From the IMG/VR virus record IMGVR_UViG_3300045999_002371, positions 12,312 to 76,311 of that record: 64,000 nucleotides of DNA. The stretch is one strand, 5' to 3'. The position numbers and the translations under genes were made by a program. The first letter of the stretch is position 1. Each line of letters opens with the position of its first letter. The notes under the pieces were generated by a model. That model searched no databases and was not told where the DNA came from. It worked only from the letters and a program-made list of their open reading frames with translations. Positions 1 to 9,016 of the stretch are shown one piece after another. The DNA comes from a virus.

Positions 1-2
1 AG

Positions 3-344
3 AAGCAAGAGCAGTTCCCAAAGGAATACCACAAGGACAAGCAGTGGGTTCAAGACGAACTGCCCTTTACCGATAAGCCTTGGCGTGAGAGATCTCTTAC
101 TGATACTGAAGTAGAAGAACTCTTTTGGCGCGATTTAGTTCAGTTAGGCTGGAAGTTTCAAGCCTATGGAGAGAACCCAAGAAGCAGGAACATTGTGTTG
201 CCTTGCCCATACTGTGAGTTAGTTATTGATAGCCACACCATCATCACAGAGTCAAATGCCAAGAAGATGAAAGACAAGTATTACTGCGAGCAGATCCTTA
301 GAAAGCACAAGGGTCTTGAATGCAAAGCCATACTAGAAGACTAA
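3..344 (+). CDS. hypothetical protein, 5'-truncated by the window edge (Cys/His-containing)
   Basis: Open frame from nt 3 to TAA at 342-344 (translated by hand: KQEQFPKEY...LPCPYCE...YYCEQILRKHKGLECKAILED); converges on the terminator at ~353-379. Confidence 0.7.
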   Translation, partial: KQEQFPKEYHKDKQWVQDELPFTDKPWRERSLTDTEVEELFWRDLVQLGWKFQAYGENPRSRNIVLPCPYCELVIDSHTIITESNAKKMKDKYYCEQILRKHKGLECKAILED

Positions 345-352
345 GCAATAGC

Positions 353-379
353 AAAAGCCCTACCAAAAGGCAGGGCTTC
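353..379 (-). terminator. intrinsic terminator downstream of nrdJ, possibly bidirectional
   Basis: Minus strand AAGCCCTGCC-TTTT-GGTAGGGCTT followed by TT; lies between two convergent genes. Confidence 0.7.
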
Positions 380-396
380 CGCTTTGTATTGCTAGA

Positions 397-2421
397 TTAC
401 TTAGGTTGATTGTCTGTAATTAGTTTTACTTCGCAAGCATCAGTTGTGCAGTAAGCCTCACCAATAGCATCAGCAGCCATTCCTGCATAGACACCAGAGA
501 AGTCAATAGGGAACAGTTGCATTACGCCCTGCTCTTCGTACTCCTTCTCAGTGATCTGTGTGTATGGCATCTGAGGATAGACATGGTTACCACTAGGCAA
601 GAATGAAACAGTCTTAAGTTGACCATCGTACATATGCAAAGCCGTACCAATAGCCGAGGCTTCCTTCTCTGGATCAAATGAGATCGTTACAGAGACAGAG
701 TTATCTGACCAATAGCGTTGAGCAGTAGCAGCAAGTGCCATCTTCTCGTAGATACTTACATCCTTCTCACTTCGCTTTGCATCAGACTTGATAGGGAAGA
801 AGACAACGGAAGTCGTATCAGGAGACTCACTTGCTGGTTCTACTCTGTAGTTAGCAAGTTTGAATAGTGGAAGCATTGGATCGTTGTTTGAGAAACGAAT
901 TGCACGATTGAAGTACTGACCACCTACAGTCCAGTGAACTCCTGGAGATTCTCCAGCAAGGATCGAAACTGTTCCTGATGGCTTAACTGTTGTCATCTTG
1001 ATTGACTCACGGATACCAAGCCACTCTGAGTAGTTGGTGTCGTATGACTTGATGACTTTGTAGCCTTCATCCATCCATTGACGCAGGACTGGAAGTCCCT
1101 TGTTGTCTGCAAAGTTTGCAACACCAGAGACTGATGTACCGATGCGACGATTGCGTTGCATGATTGCGTTGGTCTCTTCCCAGTGAGTTGGAAGAAGTGT
1201 CACAGTCTTTGCGTAGAGATAGGCGAACTTCAATGTGCGCTTGAAATCTTCAAGGTCTGTGTGACGATTGAGATAGGTCTCTACCAATGTGCAGCACTCG
1301 TAGGACTCTAGTGATTGCTCAGCACATGGGTTATACCCTGCAATACGCCAGTCCTTGTTGTTGATTGGATCAGCAAGGCGACCATATTGCTTGGAGATGT
1401 CCATCCAAATAACTCCTGGCTCTCCATTGCGAGCAATACCTTCGATGATCCCATCAAGGTTATCGCCCACGTTGACAGCCACAGAGTTGTTAGACATCCA
1501 GCCATGAGTCATACGCTCTGGATACTTCTCGTAGTTCTTTAGGTTCAAGAACTCTTCATCATCGATGCGACCGATCAATAGTTCTGCAGAGCGACGGACG
1601 TTGCCAGATACAACGCATACACCGATCATGTTGCCGATGTCTGCGATGTCACGACGAGTCAACTTCTGACCAGCACGATCCTTGAATAGGTCATGGATGT
1701 ACTGGTGCATCTTGATTAGCGGGTCTGCTCCTGCTGCTGTGCCACCGAAGGTGCGGATTGGTTCGCCTGCTGGACGGATCGCTTCGTAATTAAATATTGG
1801 AGTCTTCGTATCTGGCTTGAGGTAGGCATTGATGAGGGTGGCTGTTGATTCAACCCAACCCTCTCTGGTGTCTGGGATGTCATAGGCGTATTCTCCTTGT
1901 GGTGCATAGATGATGAACTCTTTGTCTGCTCCCTTGTCATCAAAGCCCACACCGACTCCGAGCATTGATGCCTCCATGAGGAATGCGAAAGGCTTTGCTG
2001 GATCTGTCTTGACCATCGATCCAGTTGAGACGAAGGCACAGTTCTGCAACGCTGCAGAGTTGCGATGCTCATTGACTAGTGGGGTTCCCATAACCCATAG
2101 ACCTCGTCCAGGTGGTGTCCACTTCAAGTTCCATAAGCGATCGAATGCTTCTTTGGCTGAGGCTGCTGCCTTTGCATCTGACCATGGCAAACGGTTTGTC
2201 TTTGCGTGATCCTTCTGTAATGAGTACATGCCGTTGATGACTCGTTCACATACATCAACCCATGTCTCCTTCGTACCATCTGCCTTGAGGCGAGAATAGG
2301 TACGCAAGAAAGTAATCTCTCCCACTGAGTTGCCCGCTGCATCTTGATAACCGAACGGCGCTTTCTTTGAGCGATACGGTCCAATGAAATCCTCAGTCAG
2401 TTTGAAAGATAATGTTGTCAT
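397..2421 (-). CDS. nrdJ: class II (adenosylcobalamin-dependent) ribonucleotide reductase, monomeric RTPR type
   Basis: RTYSR, PPGRGLW, NCAF, GNVRRSA, NPCAEQSL (thiyl radical Cys), TTVKPSGT, C-terminal CxxxxC pair (YCTTDAC); likely start MTTLSF at 2421. Confidence 0.93.
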   Translation of the reverse strand: MTTLSFKLTEDFIGPYRSKKAPFGYQDAAGNSVGEITFLRTYSRLKADGTKETWVDVCERVINGMYSLQKDHAKTNRLPWSDAKAAASAKEAFDRLWNLKWTPPGRGLWVMGTPLVNEHRNSAALQNCAFVSTGSMVKTDPAKPFAFLMEASMLGVGVGFDDKGADKEFIIYAPQGEYAYDIPDTREGWVESTATLINAYLKPDTKTPIFNYEAIRPAGEPIRTFGGTAAGADPLIKMHQYIHDLFKDRAGQKLTRRDIADIGNMIGVCVVSGNVRRSAELLIGRIDDEEFLNLKNYEKYPERMTHGWMSNNSVAVNVGDNLDGIIEGIARNGEPGVIWMDISKQYGRLADPINNKDWRIAGYNPCAEQSLESYECCTLVETYLNRHTDLEDFKRTLKFAYLYAKTVTLLPTHWEETNAIMQRNRRIGTSVSGVANFADNKGLPVLRQWMDEGYKVIKSYDTNYSEWLGIRESIKMTTVKPSGTVSILAGESPGVHWTVGGQYFNRAIRFSNNDPMLPLFKLANYRVEPASESPDTTSVVFFPIKSDAKRSEKDVSIYEKMALAATAQRYWSDNSVSVTISFDPEKEASAIGTALHMYDGQLKTVSFLPSGNHVYPQMPYTQITEKEYEEQGVMQLFPIDFSGVYAGMAADAIGEAYCTTDACEVKLITDNQPK

Positions 2422-2528
2422 AACCCCTACCATTTCTATAAATGTCTAAATACCCCTCTGTGGGTTGCTTAGTATTGCGCTTGGAAACCTATCATGCATC
2501 TGCTAACTTTGCGAAGTACTATTGCCAA

Positions 2529-2576
2529 AAGAAAATGGTCAACTACGGGTGAGATATGTTTCACACCCTGTTAACT
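2529..2576 (-). terminator. terminator-like hairpin after the 501-aa gene
   Basis: Minus strand GTTAACAGGGTGTGA...TCTCACCCGTAGTTGAC followed by CATTTTCTTTT. Confidence 0.45.
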
Positions 2577-2592
2577 GCTGTTATCAGATAAG

Positions 2593-4098
2593 TTAATCTT
2601 CGATTGATTCGGAGATAATCTTTGTAACTGTATCTTCTCGGAGAGCCTCTGGCAACTCACGCAGTGCCTGAGCACGATCTCCGAAGATGGCAGAGAGAAC
2701 TCCACCAGAGGATTGACGGCTGGCTGTGATCTGAATGAACTCTTTATTCTGATCCATGTCGTTGACATTGCCCACTAACTTCAGGAGGCGATCAATCTCT
2801 TGAGATAGATTTGGATCTGCGTATCCGCCATTCATTTCCTCAGCAAAACGCATAAAAGCAACTCTTTGCCCCTGCATTTCGATAATTGCAGTCAGTAATG
2901 ACTTGAGTTGATCCTTGGTCTTTACCTCTACTGGAAGATTAAATGCACAAGTATTTTGCGGCTTGAACGCTGGGCAGTTAGATGCAACGAAGCAGGTATC
3001 GCATTGACGCAGGGATGTTTGTTGTGTCTGAACGACAGGGACATCCATCAGAACATCTTTGCCATCATCGTCAGTCTCAACAATAGTCTTCATCTTGAAC
3101 CCGAAGACAGGCAAGTTTGTCATCTCTTCAGGGGCTCTTTCTACTGCTCCACTGCGCTCCACTTTCCTCCCTTCCACTCCACTGTTATCAGAAGCGGATA
3201 GATCTAATCCCATCAACCCCGTCATCAACTCTTCTCTATTATCAGATAAGTTCTTGTCATTACCGCCCTCGATAATGTGGAAGTTGGGTGATTTCTTGTC
3301 CATGGATTCCTCTAATTTCTTGTATGACCAGACCGCTACTCTAGTGGCTTCAAGGGTACTATCTTTGACAAACTCCGAATAGTCTAGCCCAGCCTTGTCT
3401 ACGATGTTCTTGTAGCGAGGTCGTGCCTGATCCTTCATCTTCTTCGGGTAACGCACTAGTCGTGCCCCATCCCAGATGATCGTCTCACCTCTACGCATGG
3501 GCGATAGCCATGACAATGTGCTGGCTGTGACAAATGGTATGGATCTTAGGTTGTCTGGCTTGGCACATCCAAGGGCGTGATAGTTTACCTTGAACTGGTT
3601 GGAGTAGGTCCGTGTCAGAGCGGCCAAGTTAGTTACTGACTCGATCTCGTCATTAGGTATAGCCACATTGTGGAAGTTTCTTGACATCTCTGCCAACTTA
3701 CTCTGTCCATACTCTTGATGCCAGATGACCCATAGTTTAGGGTCGTTACTGAAAAAGGAACGCTGTTGCTCTATCCATTCAAGGCCGAGTACTTGTGAGT
3801 CAAACTCTAGGAATCCTTCAGCGCGATCTGCATTGTTGACAAGGAACTCTTGGTAGTCAGCGGCCAAGTCAATTAGTTCCTGACGAGACAGTCCAGCCTT
3901 GTCAGCCTGTGATGCCCCTGACTCGATGTAGACCTTAGTCTCTGGATCGAAGTGCTCGCTGATAAGCCAGACCTTGGTCTTAGGCAAGCCACGCTTACGA
4001 AGACCCCAAAAGTTGAGTCCCATCGACTCAACCTTTTGACCTTCTAGCAGGGTGCGGTTAGAGCCAACTTCTACCCCTGAGAAGATAAGTTTAGTCAT
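2593..4098 (-). CDS. hypothetical protein: N-terminal degenerate tRNA-guanine transglycosylase (TGT)-like domain, C-terminal Cys4 cluster plus helical domain
   Basis: VYIESG, VIWH, YHALG, TASTLSW resemble the DSG / HxLG / SxDSxSW motif series of phage TGT-like proteins; CDTC-x5-CP-x7-C in the C-terminal third. Confidence 0.45.
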   Translation of the reverse strand: MTKLIFSGVEVGSNRTLLEGQKVESMGLNFWGLRKRGLPKTKVWLISEHFDPETKVYIESGASQADKAGLSRQELIDLAADYQEFLVNNADRAEGFLEFDSQVLGLEWIEQQRSFFSNDPKLWVIWHQEYGQSKLAEMSRNFHNVAIPNDEIESVTNLAALTRTYSNQFKVNYHALGCAKPDNLRSIPFVTASTLSWLSPMRRGETIIWDGARLVRYPKKMKDQARPRYKNIVDKAGLDYSEFVKDSTLEATRVAVWSYKKLEESMDKKSPNFHIIEGGNDKNLSDNREELMTGLMGLDLSASDNSGVEGRKVERSGAVERAPEEMTNLPVFGFKMKTIVETDDDGKDVLMDVPVVQTQQTSLRQCDTCFVASNCPAFKPQNTCAFNLPVEVKTKDQLKSLLTAIIEMQGQRVAFMRFAEEMNGGYADPNLSQEIDRLLKLVGNVNDMDQNKEFIQITASRQSSGGVLSAIFGDRAQALRELPEALREDTVTKIISESIED

Positions 4099-4579
4099 CC
4101 CAGAACTCTAGTTCCTTGGGATTAGCAGCGGCATTAGACTTAGCCACATTGACTCGGTTGATGGAGTTCTCAATCTCAGACCATTGACGAACCTTCTTTG
4201 GCGCATCAGGACGGCGCTCCACAGCAAGGAACCCAGGGTTCATAAACATAACTGCAGGGATACCCTGCTCTTCAAATACCCATGCACACATGGCTGGGTC
4301 TGCATCCACATACATCTCGATAGGTGCACGAGAGCGGCTCATAATAAACTGGCGCTTCTTGAGGTCTTCACCTTCAAGATGATAGGAGTAGTCAATCAGA
4401 TCATCGTAGTTGATGATTCCGTGAGAGTGAAGCCAGTGCTCTGCATCTTCTTTCTTGCGAGAGGTTCTGATAGCGACTCTGTTGTTGATGTTCAAAGCAT
4501 AGTAGAGCATGACTCCTGCTCTGATTGGATCGCCTGAGTCTGAACTTAATACGCCGTCTAGTGATAGTAATACGTTCAC
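4091..4579 (-). CDS. HAD-fold protein with degenerate motif I
   Basis: N-terminal VLLSLDGVL (HAD motif I lacking the first Asp), TSR motif II, YVDAD motif IV. Confidence 0.55.
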   Translation of the reverse strand: MNVLLSLDGVLSSDSGDPIRAGVMLYYALNINNRVAIRTSRKKEDAEHWLHSHGIINYDDLIDYSYHLEGEDLKKRQFIMSRSRAPIEMYVDADPAMCAWVFEEQGIPAVMFMNPGFLAVERRPDAPKKVRQWSEIENSINRVNVAKSNAAANPKELEFWDD

Positions 4580-4580
4580 G

Positions 4581-5519
4581 TTAGTCCCTTGTTCGGTAAG
4601 TTGCTGCTCTCCTGATTAGTGTCTGTGTGTCTGGTAGTTCGATCCCGTAAGTCTCTTCTGCCTGCTTGTCCTTGTACTGTTTCCAGTAATCGTGCATCTG
4701 TCGAAGCGCTGGTACTGTTCCGTACTTCTTACCTGCTTGCCAACGGTAGTTGTACACATCTGCATACCCACCACCACTAGGGCTGAAAGCATAGCGACGA
4801 CTATGGTGTATGTCCTCAAATAACATAGAGCCATGCATCAGTAACTGCTGTACTCGGAACTCGGCGTTACGACGTGCTGCATCGTTCTGTGCACCTTTGA
4901 GGTCTGCTAATGCTTGTGAGTAGCGCATAACAACATCAGATGCGCTCTGTAAGTCACGTTGTGCAGCCTTCTCTCCTACTGGATTGATAGGTGCAGACTG
5001 CTTCTCTGGGAAGACTGTCCAATCGTTATGGGTTAGGTCATAAGCAGCATAAGGATTGATTGTACGAATATCTGTAGCGCCAGGATTAACATAGAAAGTT
5101 ACTTCAAATCCATTCCAGTCTTTTGTATCTGGCTGTAGATGCTCACGGAAATCTTCATTGAGCATCTTGCTGATCTCTGTATCGCCCAGTCCGTTGTATT
5201 CTGGATGAGCCTTGCGGAACTGGATATAGTCAACGCCGATTAAGACATCTAAGTCTCCTGGTTCACGAGCAGCAGACCACTGATAAGAGACTGCAGAACC
5301 TGCAAGCCATACTCGTGTCCATAGATCAGGATGACGATAGGTCTCGTTGAGGAAGCCAAACAATACTTGTAGAAGCCCATTACGAACCCAGCCCTTGAGC
5401 GTTGTTCCAGAGAACAGTTCAGGATCTAGAGTATCTTCTGGTTGGGAGAAGTACGATGTCGGTAGAGCCTGTATGGATACAGGTCCAACATATCGGTCTA
5501 ATCCATCAGGGCGATTCAT
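4581..5519 (-). CDS. DNA polymerase beta-superfamily nucleotidyltransferase
   Basis: LAGSAVSYQW...GDLDVLI (GS-x-DxD motif) plus downstream EVTFYV strand. Confidence 0.75.
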   Translation of the reverse strand: MNRPDGLDRYVGPVSIQALPTSYFSQPEDTLDPELFSGTTLKGWVRNGLLQVLFGFLNETYRHPDLWTRVWLAGSAVSYQWSAAREPGDLDVLIGVDYIQFRKAHPEYNGLGDTEISKMLNEDFREHLQPDTKDWNGFEVTFYVNPGATDIRTINPYAAYDLTHNDWTVFPEKQSAPINPVGEKAAQRDLQSASDVVMRYSQALADLKGAQNDAARRNAEFRVQQLLMHGSMLFEDIHHSRRYAFSPSGGGYADVYNYRWQAGKKYGTVPALRQMHDYWKQYKDKQAEETYGIELPDTQTLIRRAATYRTRD

Positions 5520-5525
5520 ACCCTT

Positions 5526-5531
5526 AGTTTA
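5526..5531 (-). promoter_or_regulatory. -10 element of a putative leaderless promoter
   Basis: TAAACT exactly 6 nt upstream of the ATG at 5519. Confidence 0.5.
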
Positions 5532-5536
5532 GGTGG

Positions 5537-5812
5537 TTATTCCGCTTGGCGGTTTGCTAAAGCCTCAGCAATGCGTGCTTTTGCCATTTCTTCTGGAGTT
5601 GGCGGCATTAACTTGGCGATAACAGCCTTCGAGATACGATCAGCAAGTAGTTGTGTCTCAATGTCATCAACTAACTCCTTGCAGCATCCAAATATGTCGT
5701 ATGTAGTTGCTTGTCGTGCAACTGTGTCGCTGGCAGGAAACACATGAGTCGATAGTGTCCCATCCTCGTTAATAACGATGCTAAAACCTGCTTGGATCTT
5801 CTGATCTTCCAT
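5537..5812 (-). CDS. hypothetical protein
   Basis: 91-aa ORF coupled to upstream gene by TAATG overlap. Confidence 0.7.
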   Translation of the reverse strand: MEDQKIQAGFSIVINEDGTLSTHVFPASDTVARQATTYDIFGCCKELVDDIETQLLADRISKAVIAKLMPPTPEEMAKARIAEALANRQAE

Positions 5813-6360
5813 TAGTTCATTCCTAACAATTTTTGTTTACGTTGGGCTACACCGATTGCTACTGGACAAAAATCACACAAGTAAGTCTTTTGTCCTGGGG
5901 TATCTTTGTACTTACCCATACCTTCTTTGATACGGTCTTTTTCTGTCTTAGGGATAAGCATGAGATCGCTCTTGTGCCAGTCTGAACAGCCATCCTTTGG
6001 CTTGTTGTGCTGCTTGTAGCACTTCATCGCATCTTCCATGAACATAGAACGTGAGTCATAGAAGGTCTCATCGATTGATGCTAGACCTGCTGATCCACCA
6101 CCCTTAATTTGGCTGATGATTTCTCGCTTAGATTCTTGGTGTGCCCATGCACGAAGAGGCAATACAAACAACTTACCTTTGTGTGGCTCTCCCGAAGGGA
6201 AGACGTGAGACTCACATGCAACTGCAAGGAGATGATCTAACTCTGGCTCACCATCGTATGGTGGCAATTCGTCTAATGATTGACAGACAAGACAATAAAG
6301 CAGCCGAAACATCGGCTCTTGGTCTTTAGGTTTTTCACCCAGAATTGGTACGTTACTCAT
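5812..6360 (-). CDS. hypothetical Cys/His-rich (probable zinc-binding) protein
   Basis: CLVC, several His, CYKQH..C, CDFC; AAGGAG RBS upstream. Confidence 0.7.
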   Translation of the reverse strand: MSNVPILGEKPKDQEPMFRLLYCLVCQSLDELPPYDGEPELDHLLAVACESHVFPSGEPHKGKLFVLPLRAWAHQESKREIISQIKGGGSAGLASIDETFYDSRSMFMEDAMKCYKQHNKPKDGCSDWHKSDLMLIPKTEKDRIKEGMGKYKDTPGQKTYLCDFCPVAIGVAQRKQKLLGMN

Positions 6361-6398
6361 TGTGCTCCTTGTAGTAGTCCGACTATCCTAACAGATCA

Positions 6399-6581
6399 TT
6401 AATCGAATTGTTTAGGCTTTCTTGATTGTTGGTACTGCATCCTTGGCTCTTTGGTGACTTTTTGAGACTCACCGTACGCACGATTCTTTGACTTACCGCC
6501 TATTCGACGATCATTGAACAAGTTGTGTGGTTGTCTACGCTCAAACTCACCAGGGTCTGGTGCTCCAAGTGTTGTTCGCAC
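6399..6581 (-). CDS. small basic hypothetical protein
   Basis: 60-aa ORF filling the gap in a tightly packed minus-strand gene run. Confidence 0.55.
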   Translation of the reverse strand: MRTTLGAPDPGEFERRQPHNLFNDRRIGGKSKNRAYGESQKVTKEPRMQYQQSRKPKQFD

Positions 6582-6583
6582 GA

Positions 6584-6772
6584 TTAACGGCCAAATCTTC
6601 CAACTGTTGATGGCATTCGAACAGGCTTAGTACCCATTGAGCCTCCTAGTTTTGGTGTAACCATTGGAGCAGGTCGCATACCTGAAGACCCTGATCCAAA
6701 TGAGCCTATTGTTGAAGGCATTGGAATTGGTCGAGTTGTGCTACCAAATTGTCTAGGAGAAATGTTTGACAT
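6584..6772 (-). CDS. small low-complexity hypothetical protein (ISPRQF motif, internal PxxMPSTxGxFG repeat)
   Basis: 62-aa ORF, 2-nt spacing to both neighbours. Confidence 0.6.
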   Translation of the reverse strand: MSNISPRQFGSTTRPIPMPSTIGSFGSGSSGMRPAPMVTPKLGGSMGTKPVRMPSTVGRFGR

Positions 6773-6774
6773 TG

Positions 6775-7092
6775 TTACATCCGTTCCGTGCTAATAGCAC
6801 GGCCACCTTCTGCGTGTACCCAACCACCACTCTGCTTTCGTTGTGGTTCAGGCTTGTCGTACTTTGCCTTCCACGCCGCATCTCCTGCTGCTCGCATTTT
6901 TGATTGGTTACTTTCCCATGCGTTTTGAGCAAGTTTTTTATCTACTGCTGCTGAGAGTGCTTGTCCTTGTGGAGTGGCTGCGCCTTTTTGCTTTAAACTT
7001 GCGACCCATTCGTCTGCAGATTGCACAGGGCGTCGATTGGGAGATGCTGCTCTGTTAGGAACAGCACCAGGGTTCTTTTTAAATAGACCCAT
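6775..7092 (-). CDS. small basic hypothetical protein
   Basis: 105-aa ORF in packed run. Confidence 0.65.
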   Translation of the reverse strand: MGLFKKNPGAVPNRAASPNRRPVQSADEWVASLKQKGAATPQGQALSAAVDKKLAQNAWESNQSKMRAAGDAAWKAKYDKPEPQRKQSGGWVHAEGGRAISTERM

Positions 7093-7094
7093 AA

Positions 7095-7295
7095 TTACTT
7101 ACCTGGGTTTACCTTGTTTGGATACTCAGTTGTTGCAAATCCATAGCCATAGAATGGGTGTAGTGATTGACGATTCGCAAGAGTTGCTGATGACTCAGTT
7201 CCTACCTCTGTATCTGGGCGAACTTTACGGTACTTGCCGTCTGTTGCGCCTTCGTCTAATCCTGCGTTCATTGAACGTGATGTATTAACTGTCAT
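7095..7295 (-). CDS. small hypothetical protein
   Basis: 66-aa ORF in packed run. Confidence 0.65.
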   Translation of the reverse strand: MTVNTSRSMNAGLDEGATDGKYRKVRPDTEVGTESSATLANRQSLHPFYGYGFATTEYPNKVNPGK

Positions 7296-7297
7296 TG

Positions 7298-7525
7298 TTA
7301 TTTGCCTTTCGGTGTTGTATGTGTGTAATCATGATTACCCCAACTACGGTCACCCATTTTTCCTGCGTCATAATTCTTTGCTGCTTGTGCGTACGCAGAC
7401 TTCTTATCTAAACCACCATCTCGTTGAAAGGCTGTTCCTTGTTGCAAGCGTGCAGCCTCTTCATGCACAGCCATACGCTCTTTACGTGCTGCTGTTGCGC
7501 CTTTACGACGGTCATTGAATATCAT
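7298..7525 (-). CDS. small basic hypothetical protein
   Basis: 75-aa ORF, ATGA overlap with upstream gene. Confidence 0.65.
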   Translation of the reverse strand: MIFNDRRKGATAARKERMAVHEEAARLQQGTAFQRDGGLDKKSAYAQAAKNYDAGKMGDRSWGNHDYTHTTPKGK

Positions 7526-7722
7526 GCCATCTTACCTTTCACTCGTTGTGCATTGCGTTGTGTGACGCAAGAGAGGCAGTGACCTCTGTTTGCCATAAAT
7601 TCTACAGGGTTCATAACTACTCCACAGGTTGGACATGGAGCAGATCCGTTGTAACGGGTTGCGTTCTCAGCAATCTGTCGAGCCTGTAACTCCATCGATA
7701 GCATGCCGTCTCCATCGCTCAT
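7522..7722 (-). CDS. small zinc-ribbon protein
   Basis: CPTC...CLSC. Confidence 0.65.
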   Translation of the reverse strand: MSDGDGMLSMELQARQIAENATRYNGSAPCPTCGVVMNPVEFMANRGHCLSCVTQRNAQRVKGKMA

Positions 7723-7997
7723 TACTCTGTCCCTACTCGCATATTGGCTCCAAATCGAAGAGGTTCTCTTACTGCAGTTCCTGGATCTTGTGCAGCACTT
7801 GATTGGTCAGAGAATTGAGAAGAGGAAAGACTTCCTCCAACTAGAGCGGCTTGTCCAGCAACTCTTGCTGCGCCTTTGGCGCCCTTGACGCCAAAACGAG
7901 CCGTTGTCATAGCACCTCTTGCAGCACCTCGCGCTGCTACACCTGCTGCTCCACGAAGTATCCCTCCGATTGCTATTGCTGCTACTGGAATTGGCAT
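7722..7997 (-). CDS. Gly/Ala/Arg-rich hypothetical protein
   Basis: 91-aa ORF, TAATG coupling on both sides; RGAA repeats, LSSSQF motif. Confidence 0.65.
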   Translation of the reverse strand: MPIPVAAIAIGGILRGAAGVAARGAARGAMTTARFGVKGAKGAARVAGQAALVGGSLSSSQFSDQSSAAQDPGTAVREPLRFGANMRVGTE

Positions 7998-8356
7998 TAA
8001 TTAGACCCCAATGCGTTACGTTCTGCTGCTTGGTATCCAGCGACTCCACCAGAGAACCACGAGATACGAGGTTCAGTATAGTTGCGATCCACCGTTACGA
8101 TGTCATCAATTCCAGGTTGTGTTCTCTCGTATCCATAACGCTCTGGAAATAGTTGGATTTGTGGCAGAGGTGGGCGAACCATTGCCTGGATGTCTGCTCC
8201 AGGAATGTTCATCACCATGAGAGCCTGTGAGGTTAAGCGCTCTGCATTTGTTGACCATGGGCCGTTGTATTGGTAACGCTTTGCCACCTGATCAGGTTTG
8301 ATCGGTGCACGCCAAGGCTTAGTATGGTCGTAAACTCCATCAAATTTTTGTGTCAT
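7997..8356 (-). CDS. hypothetical protein
   Basis: ORF track 7997..8383; likely start MTQKF at 8356 (ATGA overlap with upstream stop). Confidence 0.65.
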   Translation of the reverse strand: MTQKFDGVYDHTKPWRAPIKPDQVAKRYQYNGPWSTNAERLTSQALMVMNIPGADIQAMVRPPLPQIQLFPERYGYERTQPGIDDIVTVDRNYTEPRISWFSGGVAGYQAAERNALGSN

Positions 8357-9015
8357 CCGATTGCTCCTCTGTGAGTTACCCAAGTAGTTGCTTGTACTTG
8401 ATGAGGAAGTGGAACCTCTAACTCTCCAGCAGCATGCTGGTATGCACGAACAAAGTGCTTGTAACGACCTAGTGAACTAAGGCCTAAATCTTGAGACATA
8501 GTTCCAGTTTGTCGTGGCTCTTCAGCCTTCTTTCCTTTTCCTTGCCCAATGAATGGACGACCCATCGCAATATCATATGCGTGACGGTCAATTGTCACTG
8601 CGTGTGGACTGCTTGGATCATTAATGTTGTGGAAGAAGTTAGTAACTTTGTGTCCACCAAGAACCTGTTCAGGATCTTCTCCTTGATGGATACGACGTGC
8701 TTTCTCAACGTTTGCTGGAAGAAGAGCACCTTGTACTGTGCCAGTTTTTCTTAACTCATGCGATTCTCGAACGTTACGTTCCCAGTCACTCAACGGAGAG
8801 AGTGCAGCAATAACTCCTGCACCACGTCGAACATCTCCCCCACCAACTCTAGAGGCTTCTTCGTGTGCTTTCTCGTACCACTCATGTCCACCCTTTACAA
8901 AATCTGGGGATGCTTGACGATACTTACCAATAATGTTTTCAACATGTCCCTTGAATTGAGACTCTGCTAAGTTCTTATCCCAGCGACCATGTGGGTCAAC
9001 ACCAAATTTAGCCAT
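8353..9015 (-). CDS. conserved phage protein with a probable HhH DNA-glycosylase-like fold
   Basis: WY..A, AALSP..W..N, KV..F..NI, VTIDRHA, QA..W motif series. Confidence 0.5.
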   Translation of the reverse strand: MAKFGVDPHGRWDKNLAESQFKGHVENIIGKYRQASPDFVKGGHEWYEKAHEEASRVGGGDVRRGAGVIAALSPLSDWERNVRESHELRKTGTVQGALLPANVEKARRIHQGEDPEQVLGGHKVTNFFHNINDPSSPHAVTIDRHAYDIAMGRPFIGQGKGKKAEEPRQTGTMSQDLGLSSLGRYKHFVRAYQHAAGELEVPLPHQVQATTWVTHRGAIG

Positions 9016-9016
9016 G

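Noticed and set aside
2434-2592. tRNA or cobalamin riboswitch upstream of nrdJ
   Set aside because: No cloverleaf, T-loop or B12-box recognised; the region is explained by a terminator-like hairpin and a probable promoter.
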